From contig NC_068993.1 in the NCBI RefSeq assembly GCF_001194135.2, forward strand, positions 44,745,460 through 44,809,459: a stretch of DNA of 64,000 nucleotides, read 5' to 3'. This stretch comes from Octopus bimaculoides. Taxonomy: Eukaryota. Position numbers and translations under genes: made by a program. The first letter of the stretch is position 1. Every line of letters begins with the position of its first letter. Positions 24,201 through 38,400 of this stretch are shown here, one piece after another. The notes below the pieces were generated by a model. The model was not told the DNA's origin and did no database searches. It saw nothing but the letters and a program-made list of their open reading frames with translations.

Positions 24201-27200
24201 TTCAGCTTTAAAACAAATGAATATAAATATATATACATATAACATGGCTACAGTCACTTAATTGCTATATTTTTTTAGTCCCCCCCCCCCGCCGCCACCT
24301 CCTCTCAGATGCTACCTTGTATCAAATCAATAGTCAAGAACCACTTAAATAACTGTTACTAATAAAGTTTGAAGATAATATCAACAAAAAGACAAAGCAT
24401 CCCAATTCATTGAATAAATAAAATGTATAAGAAATAACTAGAAAGTCAAGACATTAGCAAGTTTTAGCTTTGTTATATATATGACAGCAATATTGAAATT
24501 AAACAATCTCTACAAACTAGTCATAGATCAAGCATTTTTTTTTTTCTTTTCTAAGTTATTGCATTTTATCCAGCATTCCAGGACATGCAAATTCTATGAA
24601 AACCAATGAAAGCAACATGCATTACAGCCAGTGCACAATAGACTGTGCGGAAATAGAGAAAATAATATTAAATACTATAATTATAATATATTATTGTTTA
24701 AATCTTTTAGAAAACAAACAAAATGTCCTTTTTTCTTTCTTTAAAAAAAAAGACATCTTAAATTTGTATAATAATTGTTTGGCAATCTTAAGCACACTCA
24801 AAATAGAAAAGAGAACAGCTAGCAGGCCACACTATTATTTGCAAACACAACCTCTCATTTATAAGATATGATGTTTAAAATAATGTTACCCAACCAACTG
24901 GATAGAAAATTGTTAAGTAGTAATGTGTTATATTACTGTTTCTAAACTTGTTTATTGCCAGAAACATGAGATACATTCCAAATGAATACAGAGTCGAAGT
25001 TTCAAACCAGAAGAAAAGAGATTGGTCACACAGGTAAGGGGGTTGATGAGTAGAGTACCAAAAAGAAAGATAGCTGAAGGTGTACTCAGAAGTAAGTAAA
25101 TCAAAAATGAAAAAAAACAAACAAAAACAAAAACCCCCAAAAAAACACCTGATTTATTGGTTGAGTCTAGAATGAAATGTTTTTTGAAGTTTAGAAGAAA
25201 GATAGGGTCTGTTGAAAACAGGTATGTCACACATGCTGTAACAAAGAAGCACCATGACCATAGAGAGAAGAGCAAGATTATAAGAACAATTAATTCTAAC
25301 CTTAGAAAACCATTGAGTGTATTATACATATTATATATATATATATATATATATAAATATATATATATATAAGAGATGGAAATCATCTTCCTCCTACCAG
25401 ACTGAAATTTCAAGAGGTTATAATTGGGATTTTGTTTTCATAAACCGAAATTAAGTTGAGGAAAAAAGGAAAGAAATCTGAAATAATTTTTTGTTTCTAA
25501 CATTTAGAATATCTTGGTTGTGGAGTTAAAAAAGCTCGTTTTGCAACCATGTGGTTATAGGTTTAGTCCTGTCGTGCAGCACATTGGGCAAGTATCTTCT
25601 ATTGAGCTGACCAATGCGTTGTGAGTATATTTGGTAGGCGGAAACTGAGAGGAAGCCTGTCATGTATATGTATGTGTGTGTGTGTGTGTGTGCGTGTTTT
25701 TGCCCCCCCCCCCCAACAACTACCTGATAACTGATGTTGGTTTGTTTACGTCCTCATGATTTAGTGGTTTGACAAAAGAGAGTGATAGAATAAGTACCAG
25801 ACTTAAAAAGAAGTACTGGAGTCAATTTGTTTGACTAAACCCTTCAAGACAGTGCCACAGTTCAATGACTGAAATGAGTAAAAGATGTGTTTATACCTTT
25901 TTCTTTTTAACTGAATTTAATTCAACTTCTTACAGTATTTTTTAAAATGTTTTTATTCATTTCATCACTCTTTCCATTTCAGTTTACAAAAACTAAAATT
26001 TCAAATTTTAATCAACTTCAAAATTTCTAACTGGGAAAGGAATTAAAATGAAGACTGAAGCAAAATTTCCATACTCAATATTTATATATATATATACACA
26101 CACATATGTTTTATTTAATCAGGTGCACACAGAAAGGAAGGAGTAGGGAGGGAGAAAGAAAAAAAACCCTTAATTAGATTAAGTTTACTTAATAAGATAA
26201 TCAACCCAAACTAGAATAAGAAACTCACTTGCACTAGAAGTCAAAAGGCCACAAGAGAACATGCACTGCATTAAAGAACAATGATGGTTCTCTCATGACC
26301 AAAATTTCACAGGAATTTAATATTTTCAACCTGCAAAACAGATTTAAGAAAAAAAATACAAACAAGCTCTGAATAGCTAAAATATCTATTAAACAATATT
26401 TCAAAGGGTTAATATGTTGTGATGGGCAGAGAGGGGAGGCGAAGCGGGTGGTGGGATTAGCTTTATTAGTTAGTCGGTCTTCGAGGATTTTAAAAATATT
26501 ATTTGTAATTTATTTAACGATCTATATGAGTAAACATTATGAATTGGATCATTTGAAGTTAGGAGTTGGTATTTCAGACAAAAACTAAATTAACAGAAAA
26601 AAAACAACAAATAAATAAACAAACAAAAATGGTACAAATGTCTTGAAAATGTTAAAAATTAATAAATGAAGATGACAAGGGAGACAACTGACAATTTAAA
26701 AAAAACAAAACAAAAAAAATTATCAGTTATTGGATGAAAGTTACATATCCGAAAAATATTGAATGAAATGGATTAAAATTTTAACATAAATATGGTATTA
26801 ATTTAAAAGCTAAAAGAAAATCCAAAATTTGCAAAATAAAAATTTAAAAAAATCATTTGCAGAAAAATATTATTTAAGCCCATTGAAAGGTAGTTTTCAA
26901 TAAAGCTACTCAAAATTCTAGTTACTAATGTTAGTAATAATGAAGTTATATCATGAGTGAATTTAGTAAGCACAAATGTCGCAAATATTTCAGCTTAGAT
27001 AATTCTAATGGGTATAACTTTCTAATTTGAAATTGAAAACAAAAAAAAGGGAAGAATGGGGTACAAAGCTCCTAATATTTTTAGTAATGCAAGAAATTTC
27101 AGTTTTAAGTTTTTTTCCTTCTTTTCATAGAAAAAAGAAATATGATAAATTTAATTTATTTTTATGACTTACAAACATATGATAGCATTTATGAACATTT

Positions 27201-30200
27201 CAAACCAACAGGAAAAAAAAAAAAAGGCAATTTCGGGAAAAAAATATGCCACAAGCTTAGATTTTATAAGTTGATATCCGTAACACTTCTTTCAGGGATA
27301 TCTAAGTAAGTCATAAGTCAATTCTACCTTAGCTGAAGGGTGGGTTGTAAGCACAAAGCTCTTCTAAGAACAATACTAATGTTGGTTTGCATTTTATCCC
27401 AGAGAAATTTATTCAATGGACCAGATTTACACACTGGACTTTTTCACCGCTGACAGTATTCTAAACTGACTCTTTTTTCATTTGCTTGACAAAAATAAAA
27501 AAGTGAGAGCAGCCTGATCCTTTAAGAACCAAATTAAATTAATGATAGGTGAAAGCATGGTTGAGTGATAAGAAGTCTGCTTCCCAACCACATGGTTTCA
27601 GGTTCAAGCTCATAGCATAGCAACTTGGGCAGTGGCTTTTACAATAGTTTTAGGCCAACGAATACCCTTGTGAGTGTATTTCAGTTAACAAAAACTGTGT
27701 GGAAGCCCGTTTACAAATATATATTACATACATAAGTATGTGTGTTACTGTCTCTCTGCTTTCACATCATATAATTGTAAATGAGTGTCAGTTATGGTGA
27801 AATATTATCTTACTTGCAAACAGGTGAGGATTGGAGACAGTAAGGGTATGTGGCTATAGAAAATCTGCCTCAATAAAGACTCTCCAACCCATACCAGCAT
27901 GGAAAAGTAGCTGTTGTAATGATGATGATGATAATGATGTATACATACCTACCACCGTTACTAACCTTAATGAATAAAACTGCGATGGCTCTTGGAGAAG
28001 ATTTCAGTAATTTTGTTCAGCATGTCGAAGCAGCTATATATTACAATATGTGAGACAGATCCCACACTTAACAACAGATGGTGTAAATTACACCTAAATT
28101 CCAAACTGAATCTTTCATAAGTAGCTTTTAGATAATCTGGCTTACTGGGATGGTTAGATAGTATAATCTTTATCTTTTACTTGTTTCAGTCATACTGGGG
28201 CACTGTCTTGAAGGGTTTTCTTTGAACACACTGATGCCAGTACTTATCTTGACATATTCTATTGGTCCCTTTTGTTAAACCACTCTACTACAAGAATGTA
28301 AACAAACTAACATTAATTGCCAAATAGTGATGGAGGACACAAGCACATACAGGTGATGGGCAATCACAGTTACCATCTACCAAATTCACCCACCAAGCAT
28401 AGGTCAGTCTAGGGTTATTATAGAAGACACTTGTCCAAGGTGCGGCACTAAGGGACTGAACTCAAAACCAGCTATGCCTATAGTGAATAAAATTTCTTAA
28501 AAAAATATTCACTAGTTTCCATTCACCAAATGTAATCAAGCTATCACAAAATAAGTCACATACACTACTACATTATTCTTATCTTTAGAATTCACAGTTA
28601 ACTCCCCTCAAGATTTCGGTTCAATTGATACAACTCCTTATATTAATATTTAACACCTCTCAATTATTGCATCATATATTTGTTTCAAATTTTGGCACAA
28701 GGCCAGCAATTTTGTGGCAGGGATAAGTCAATTACATTGACCTCCAGTATTCAACTCGTATTTGTTTTATCGACCTCAGAAGGATAAAAGGCAAAGTAGA
28801 CCTTGGTGGAATTTGAACTCAGAATGTAAAGATGGATAAAATGCTAAATATTTTGCCCATTGTGCTAATGATTCTGCCAGTTTGCAGCCTTTTTATTGTA
28901 TCATATATTAAAGAGAAATAACTGGTGTTGCCGTCACTATTAACACATAAATATATCAAAATTTATTTAAATATTTTTTTACATCAGTTTGTAGCTATAT
29001 TCTCTTGAATGTTACACAATCTCATTTCTACTCATACATACCTGTTACATAGGTTTCTGTGCCAGGTAAAAATAAATTGGCCTTACTTGGCATTTAAAAA
29101 AATATGATAAATAAAGGCGTTTTATCAGAACATCTTCAGCACTTCCTGATGGAATTATGAAAAGCAACTGATATATTAATTTTGATGGACAAGTACATTC
29201 TCTCATTGTCTCCGTTAGTGTATAGGATTAGAAATATTTTAATGTTTAGCTGTTAAGAAACTCACTTTGAAACCATATGGTTTTGGGTTCAGTCCTACTG
29301 TGCAGCACCTTGGGCAAGTGTCTTCTACAATAGAGACTGAATTGAACAATGCCTTGTTAGTGAATTTGGTAGATGGAAAGAGTGGTGGGAACCTGTGAAC
29401 CATGGAATAAATGTAACACCATATATGCCACTTTTTACTTATTATATCTGAGAATACGTGTTATAGTGTTTGTCTCTCTCATCATTTGACAAGCAGAGTT
29501 GGTTTGTTTATGTCCCCACCACTTAGCAGTTCAACAAAAGTGACTGAGAGAATAAGTACCAGACTTAGAGAAACATGTACTGCGGTCAATTTATTCAACA
29601 AAGCCCTTCAAATGGTGCCCCAGCATGACCACAATCCAACGACAAACAAGATAACTCAATTATATAATTGAATGGACTGCAGAGGGTGATTTGGTTGAAT
29701 CAGGCGTTTGAAGTGAAACTTAAACATATTAATAACTAGGATGAACAGAAGTCACTTAATGTGATGCTTTTTTCTACAAATTATATTAAGACAAACTTTG
29801 AAGTTAATAAAGATATGTAGGAGAAATCACTAAATAACATTGCACTATAAGTAATATTAAATATTATTTGTAAACAAGACTTTCACATTGAAAATGAGGG
29901 CAAGAAAAAAAAAAAAAGTTCATTATCATTCTTTTAGCCTCAGGTTCTAAGGCTTTCAGTGTGTGGCCATCACTTCTTTTTAGGAGTATCCAGAATTACA
30001 TTGTCTATTTAAGATAAAGTATGTAAAAGAGATTTGGCTGCTATTTCTAGTGACCATGTAGAAAGGTTCTTTGTTATCTAGTATATATTTGAAATGGTTT
30101 GCATGCTGCAAGTGTATCTGTTATGTGTTAATTTCATCACATACACAGAATGTGTATGTATGTATGTATATATAGCAGACAACTCAACCAGGAGTCAACT

Positions 30201-31360
30201 TTGATATAATCAATATATATTATTACAGTGCTGAACGGTGACCTCACTGGGCTGGTTCCACATAAAAAGCACCCGGTACACTCAGTAAAGTGGTTGATGT
30301 TAGGAAGGATACCCAGTCAAAGAAACCATACCAAAGCAGACAGAGGATCTTGGTGCGCTCCTCCGGCTCACCAGCTCCTGCTGAACTGTTCATCCCATGC
30401 CAGCACGGAAAATGGACATTAAATGGTAAGGATTTAGTTAGATCTCTTTCTCGTCAACTCCAGTAGGAGCTGGCTTTGATTTTCATTGCCCTTATGTTTG
30501 ATGAGAATAGAGGAACAGTTATACAATGAGATCAATTCAACTGACTCCTGAAAATTTATAGCCATGTGCTAATCTAAAAAATATTCGTTATTGTTAATAT
30601 TATTAGCCACTGTCATATCACCAAAAATTGAATTTGTGCCACATTTCCTCCAGATTTTCTCTTTAAATGACAATTACACCCCCTACAGTGAATACAGGTA
30701 TTATTTTTAAATGTCAGGATATGAAAGTGAGAGGTGTCAACTGTCACAATCAATATATGTAGGAACATATTAACCACTGGTAGGGACACCGTATTTAGTT
30801 ATCTAACCATAATATTCTATCAAGTACATAGAAGGCTTTATAAGTCAATACCATGTTAGCAGTGTGATTCAATCACTTTTTAAAGTTATCTCAACAGATT
30901 TTCTATAGAAACTAGAGTCAGCACTGAGATTTACGAATGTTTTGTATACTCCCAGTGCTGGCTCTAAATTCTATAGAAAATGTGAAGAGATAACTTTAAA
31001 AAGTGATAGGAATCTATGTACAAGTAAACCCTCAAGTATATGATGAAACAGTATCTACTAGTTTAAAGCGTCATATCATTAGATTTTCTCCTCACAAATA
31101 CTGGGGGATTTAACAGCAAACTTGTTTTTCATAACATTTAATTACCTATATTTATATAATTAATAATATAAGAAATGATTTGGAAATCATCAGCAGTAGC
31201 TAAATGTCATGTTGGTAACTTTACTGAAAGTATCCTGGGCTAATAACCAAAAATCTTAAACTGTTCTGCAAAAATGCATTTCAAAAGTACTTTATAAATC
31301 TATTTCAAAACCTAAATATTAATGCAACAGCACCATTGTCATATCTGATTAGTTAAACTA

Positions 31361-31405
<45 letters not shown>

Positions 31406-34400
31406 CTTCAAATTGGTTCAACATTTGTGTAAAGAAAAGGAAATTTTTATTAAATGAAATGTACCTTCATTCAATACACGCACTTTCACACACAAATTGC
31501 ATACTATCATATAAAAAATTCTTTAAAATTACAGCAATGTAGACACAGAGAAATACAGTTGTAAATGTGCAATATAGAATGGGTGCACACATGTACATAC
31601 AAACACAGACAACATATACAACAATGACAGGAGCTAATGCAAAACTATAGGGACAAACAACCAGAAATACAATTCTAAGCGTCATCACAACGAAGGAAAG
31701 ACAATTACTTCTTTTAGATATTAATGGATGCAGAGAAAATAGGACATGTTTGATTCTTTAAATATTTTTTATTAAAGGAAAAAAAAAATTATTCATCAAT
31801 ACGGTTTTGTAAATATAAACCAGTAACCGTCTAATGCCTAGAATATTTTGCCTTTCTCTTGTTGACAGGTTATAGGAAGAAGTCTATAGCATGATTATAT
31901 TTTTATTTGCTTCCCCTATCTCTTAGTATCAGCAAATGAAGTTAAGCGTACAGGTTTTTTTTTTTTTTGTTGAAGCAGATATATTTGGTTCTTGTTTGTA
32001 AAGAAATGTTTACATTACACAGCACTAATGATTCAATGAGGTTTGAAGGAAGAAAAAAAAAAAACAAAAAAAAAAAACAGCCTAAGGCCAAATTGAAAAC
32101 AGCAGACTCGAAAGCTTGGTTGTTTTTTTCTTTTTGTTTCTTTTATAAGCAGTATATAAAATTATTCTTTATTTTACATGTCTGAATTTGCTGTCATTGA
32201 AGAATACTGGTATGTTGTTGGATATCAAATTTTATTGCTCCAACGAAGGGTCCATCTATCAAACAGCTTATTGATTGATTGTCCGACGGGTGTGGTTTAA
32301 AAAATAAAGAAAATCGAGTGGAAGGCAGAGAGAAAAAGAAGAGGAGGGAGAGATAGAGAGGTGGGGGGGTTGGTGTGTGAGTGAGTGAAAGGAAGAGGGA
32401 AGGAGAAAGAAATGGAAAGATAGAGAAAGATCCAGGAAACCTTACCACCCACTAACCTAGAGGTTTCACAGCAGCAGTATTGGAACCAAAGGAAAAGCCA
32501 CTAGTGGAGCCTTGGCCAAAACATGAAAATCCTGAAATGAATAATAATAATGGAAGGAATTATCAATTTAGTTTCAACAAAGCTGTGAGAAAGGAACCAA
32601 AAGCTGGTCTATGATGAACCACTAAGGACAAAAAGAGTAACCTTTAACAATAGCATGTATTTTGCGGCAGACATTGATTTGTCAACATTAAACTATCTTT
32701 AACCTCAAGTTAGTCCAAATATTCACACCTAGTGTATTATATATGCATAATCCAAAATGATTTGTCATGAAAACCCCAAAAAGAAAAATTTGCTCAAGGT
32801 ATGGTAGTACAGAATGATACATATAGGAAATTTGTAATTATCATGTTGTTATTCTGGTTATCATTTTGGCCTTAACCACAAGGTGAGCAAGTTCTGTCGA
32901 CATGTTGGGCTTGTGATTATAATGATCCTTTGATTTCAGGGCTGGGCAGCAAGTTGTGTCCTTGAACAAGGTATTTCACTTTGAATTGTTTCTGTCTGCT
33001 CAATTGAAAAATGAGTACCAGCTGAGAGCTGGTGCAGCCATTTCTCCCTCTTGCTGTCACATTCTCAACATTCCACCAGCACAAGGGCTGGAGGGGCTGA
33101 GAATGTCTATGACTGCTTGGCACTACATAGGGTTACCAAAAACAAGTAGTGAAAGCATGATGTTTGCTCCCATGTCATACTTACTTGCTTGTGATGGCTA
33201 TGGTTTTTAATCTATTCAATTTTTATTTTGGTCCAATGGATCTTTGAAAATAAGAAAAGGATTAGCTTGCTGTGAAAACTCTCAGTCAGAATAAAGACAC
33301 TACCTTGGTCTGATGCCAAATAGATTGTCAGATGGGGGTTGGGAGTGTTGGTTTGGTTAGCTGGAGTAAAAGTGAAGACAAGTGGGCAAGTTTAAGGTGA
33401 ATGACATCTGAATTATCACACCATCAACAATGGGATCAACACAATACTGAAAAGAATAGGGAAGCACATGATAAACAGTGATCCAATCTGCGCCTGATTA
33501 CTGAATATCTTTTACTTGTTTCAGTCATTGGACTGTGGCTTGATGAATTTAGTTGAAGATAAAAAAAACAAAAAAAAAACTACTTATTTAAGTCCTATTT
33601 TATCTGTCTCTTTCACCAAACTGCTAGATTATGGGATATGAACAAACCAACACCAGTTACCATGTGGTGGGCGTGGACAAACAAAAACACACACACATGA
33701 GGCTTCAGCACAATTTCTGTATACCAAATTCACTAACAAGGCATTTGTTGGCCAGAGGCTATGGTAGAAGACACTTTCCTAAAGCATGCACTGGGACTGT
33801 ACCCAAAAACAGGTGGTCGCAAAGCGAGCTTCTTAACTACAGAGCTGTGTCTGTGGCTATTTGGATAAACAAAAGAAAGGAAAAACTATGCAGAGATAGT
33901 TATAGTTGTAGCTGCTTTAACAGCAGTTAGGAATAATTTGTTAGACCTAAAATTTTGAGTAGATAAACACAAGGCCAGACATTTGTAAGAGAAGGTGCAG
34001 AAGGAGTGACATAAAACACAGTTCATGAAGGGCTTTTACAGACACTGGAAAATGGCACTCCAATATCACAATTCCTTTAGAGCTGGATAAGTTGAATTCA
34101 TGCTGTACCAGTGAAAGTAACTAACTACTACGGTAACTACAATAGTGTTAGACTAGAATCCAAGCAAGACACAAAACTCAAGTGTCAGTTGATAGCTGTT
34201 ATCTTGTCATTGGTTCTGTGAGCAAAGAAAAGAATTCCTTTTCTAACAAGCTTGATGCTCCTACCCTACATAACTGTAAATAAGTATTGGAGTCTGGTGC
34301 TGCTACCCAGCTTGCTAGTTCTAGTCAAACCATCCAATCCATGCCAGCATGGACAACGGACGTTAAACGATGATGCTGCAGTTTAGTTTACTATTGAAAG

Positions 34401-35379
34401 GAGCAGGAGCAATGTATAAAACTGATGAGTGTTTCATTAACTTCTTCTAAGAGTATCTATGACAAGAAATTTGTGTTAAGCTGACATGTCCGACAGTTAT
34501 GGAACTTAACTTAGAAAAGACCAGTTGTTCTAATTAAATCTTAAGTAATTAATTAGCTTTATGCAGCAGCTAGTTTGTAAAATGCTTTATTTTTCAAATC
34601 CTGTCTTTAAAAAATTTTTTTGTTCCAAATATGTGATCTCTAGACATGAAACTATATGATTTTGTTAGTAGAGTTATTTAACCATTTAGCATTTGTACCA
34701 CCCATATCTGGCTCAAATATTCTGTTTTATGTTCAAACCAGCCAGACCCCTCTTCTCACACCTACCCTATAATGTCATTCAAAAGATAAACAATCACAAT
34801 TTTGAAATCTTGAAGCTACAAGATAATACATGATTAAATCCAAATAATGTAAATAAATAAACCATACAGAAATCTGAATGCTAAAGAGTTACAGTGATTA
34901 TTTACAAAATAATGACTAATGCAACAGTGAAAACTCAGGAGTTCCCTTTTCTTATACTAATCCGTTATGTCATTATTAGTTTCCCTACTCGTCTCAATCC
35001 CAATATGTTACTGGTACTTGACAGGCTGAAAGAGCAATTTCAACAGCCACACACATGCTGGGATTTAAATTCAGAGTAGAAAAAAAAAGAAGATATAATA
35101 GAATATTGAACTGTCTTGGCTGCCTCCATTGTTGAGATAAAAGTTTGGGAAAGAGACTGAGTAAACAGAACAGAGGTTGTTTGAGTTAGTATACTTGTAG
35201 CTGACATGTTAATCTTTTACGCACATCATTTATACAAAATAGTAATAGAGATGGGTGCAGGCTTGGCTGTGCGGTTTGAGAGGTTTGGGCACCACATCTT
35301 GGGTATAATCTTCTACTATAGCCTCAGGCTGACCAAAACCTTATGGGTAGATTTACAGGACAGAAACTGAAAGAAGCCT

Positions 35380-35478
<99 letters not shown>

Positions 35479-38400
35479 CAGGACTAATGACAATTAGTTT
35501 TCTTTAACTTAAAGTTAAAGTGTTCCTTGATGATCCATTCTAGTTAAGCATCCAAAAGCACTTGGAACCCTAATGCAGGGTTCCAAGCAACCACAATGGT
35601 GGAATGTACATAGAAACTAATAATATTGACTTGTGTGTTTATTTTAATTTCTCCTACATTTGCTCTGCATTTCATAACTAGTAATACAACTGAGTATAGT
35701 AGTTACTTAACCACTACACACTGGGAGCAGACTGGAATAAAATAAGCTACCTGGAGCTCTGAACATAACTATAGCAGTCATGTGCACACACACACAGGAG
35801 TGTGAGTTTGTTTACATCTGTTGGACTCACGATTCTAAGATTGTGGTTTTGATTCCTGGACTGGGCGATGCATTGTGTTCTTGAGCAAAACACTCCATTT
35901 CATACTGCTCCAGTCCACTAAGCTAGTAAAGATGAGTAATCCTGCAACAGACTGGTGTCCTGTCCAGGTGGGGAATATATACGCTACAAAAACGGCCCTT
36001 ATAAGTTGGTATGACTCGAAAAGGTAACTTTACTCTATTTTTATTTTAAGGTAGTTAGCAAAAAATGTCTAGCAGGAGACAAACTTTAATCAGCATTAAG
36101 TTGTTAGGTCAACATCATAGTAAACTGGCTAGCTTCCAGATTAAATACAAGCATCTGTCTGACTGTAATGAAAGGCATTGGTTCATCACTAACCCATGAA
36201 TATTACTAGCACTCATAAGGTTGGTCACCTGGCTTCTGTGATGTATAAATGGCTTAAATGATAACATTTCCCCTGAATGGGATGCCAGTCCATTGCAGGG
36301 TTACTCATTTACAGCCAAGAGGACTGGAGCAATGTGAAATGAAAGGTTTTGCTCAAGTACCCCCACCCCCTAGTTTGGGTAATCAAAATCACAATCTTGA
36401 GATTATGATTGCCATACCCCTTCAACCACTAGTTCACTTATCTTCACTAAAGGCACTGGCTAAAGACCTTTTTACTCTTTAGCACTTAAACCAGCTATAT
36501 CCGACCAAAATATGCCTCCTGTTTTTAATGTTCAAACTGGCCTGATCTAACCCCACACCTACCCTACAATGCCATTCTAAAAATAGACACTAATATCATC
36601 AAAATTTCAAATCTATGAGACAATCCATGATTAATTCAAAACAATATGAATAAATAAGCTTTACATTTGGCAGAGTAATTTGAGTGCTACAGGGTTAAAT
36701 TGCTGAAAATTTTGGTACATTAGTAAAATAGTTCTAGAATGTCTAAGGAATGCTATTTCTAGCAATTAAGCAAGTGTTTGGAGGCTCTATATGCTATCAG
36801 AAGCTTGCCTGCTACATAGTGAAAAGAAAAGCTGCTATACTAAGAAAAAATAAACCCGGTTTAATTTCAAAAAAATTAGCACATTATTACAATGTTATGC
36901 AGAAATCTACGAAAGAAAATGTAAATGCAAGTTAAACAGATAGCCATATTTACATCTATATATTTAAGTAACAACCAGTGAATAATAATTCACTGGTTAC
37001 AGGTTTACAATGGGCTATCAATGGCTCACTACATTTCTGAATGAGAAGGCAGTGTTTGTAATTCATTGCAGAAAACATCCCAAGGCACCAGCTTTTTCAG
37101 TATGTTTATTTCCTCCACTGTTATGAATCAGTCAAATACATAGACCCACAGACAAACTTTTGCAAAGATTCAGTCAACAAAATTCCATTTACGTAGTATT
37201 AGTAGACCAGTGGCTATAGAAGAGATTCCTAACCAAAGGTGTTGCGCAGTGAGAGTGAACCAGAAACCACATGTTTGTGAAGCAAACTTCTTACCTACTT
37301 AGCCATACCTGTATTCATCTATTAATACAAGCCTTTAAGTCATAAGCGCAAGGCTCAATATAGCTTTATGGCAATGTCATTGATTATAAAATCATTATTT
37401 ACTTGAGCCACAGTTGACCTGACCAACAAACAGACAATTTGTTTCCATTCGACTAATAAGCAGTTTTACATTTGGAAGAAAATACAATAACAAAGCAACA
37501 AGGATAGTAGAATTCTGAATTTTTCATACCTGGTAAATTAAATATACACAAACCATAGTTTTGTTTACAATTTAAAAGAGGTAAAACGTAAATACTCTAT
37601 ACATATGCAGAGCAAATATACAGAGACTAATTTGCAAATGTATACACAAACGTACATTAATTCCAAATCATGACTCCATGTCAAAATCCAAATGATCAAG
37701 TTTCTTGGATATCTGTGATGCAAACGGCCTACTCAACCTTTATAACAGTTTCCAAAAACTGGTCATCTGCCTTATCACCCAACACTCAGACAAGTACACA
37801 GAGCAGCTACACTTCATACTCACCAGGAAATGAAACAGAAACAAAACAGATGGCTGGTTGTGAATACTAAGTCTTTATTTTGGTGAAAATTTATTCAGCA
37901 ATATTGACCAGTGGTTAGTTACATGAGAAACAGAGAGAGAGAACCAGAGATACAAGACAACATGAAGAAGGAAGGCATGGAAACTGAAAGATACCTCTGC
38001 AATATGTGAGTGATATGCATAAGGAGGTGAGCTGGCTGAATCATTAGCGTACCAGACAAAATGCTTAGCAGTATTTTGTTTGATTTTATGTTCTAAGTTC
38101 AATTTCTGCTGAAGCCAACTTTGCCTCTCGTCCTTTTGGGGGTCAATAAAATAAGTACCAATTGAGCATTGGGGCTGATGATGTAATTGACTCACCACAT
38201 TCCCCATAATTCTGGAATTTGGGGCTAAAATGTGAAACCAATATGTAATGATATGTATGTTGANNNNNNNNNNNNNNNNNNNNNNNNNNNNNNNNNNNNN
38301 NNNNNNNNNNNNNNNNNNNNNNNNNNNNNNNNNNNNNNNNNNNNNNNNNNNNNNNNNNNNNNNNGGGGGGGGGGAAGAGATAGAGCCCTATAACACAAGA

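Noticed and set aside
24952-25413. 153-aa minus-strand ORF
   Set aside because: Built from (TA)n and T-rich tracts; low-complexity hydrophobic translation.
26423-26455. G-rich run gggcagaggggaggcgaagcgggtggtggg (possible G-quadruplex)
   Set aside because: Irregular G-tracts with a long loop, on the strand opposite the NUP58 mRNA; no other support.
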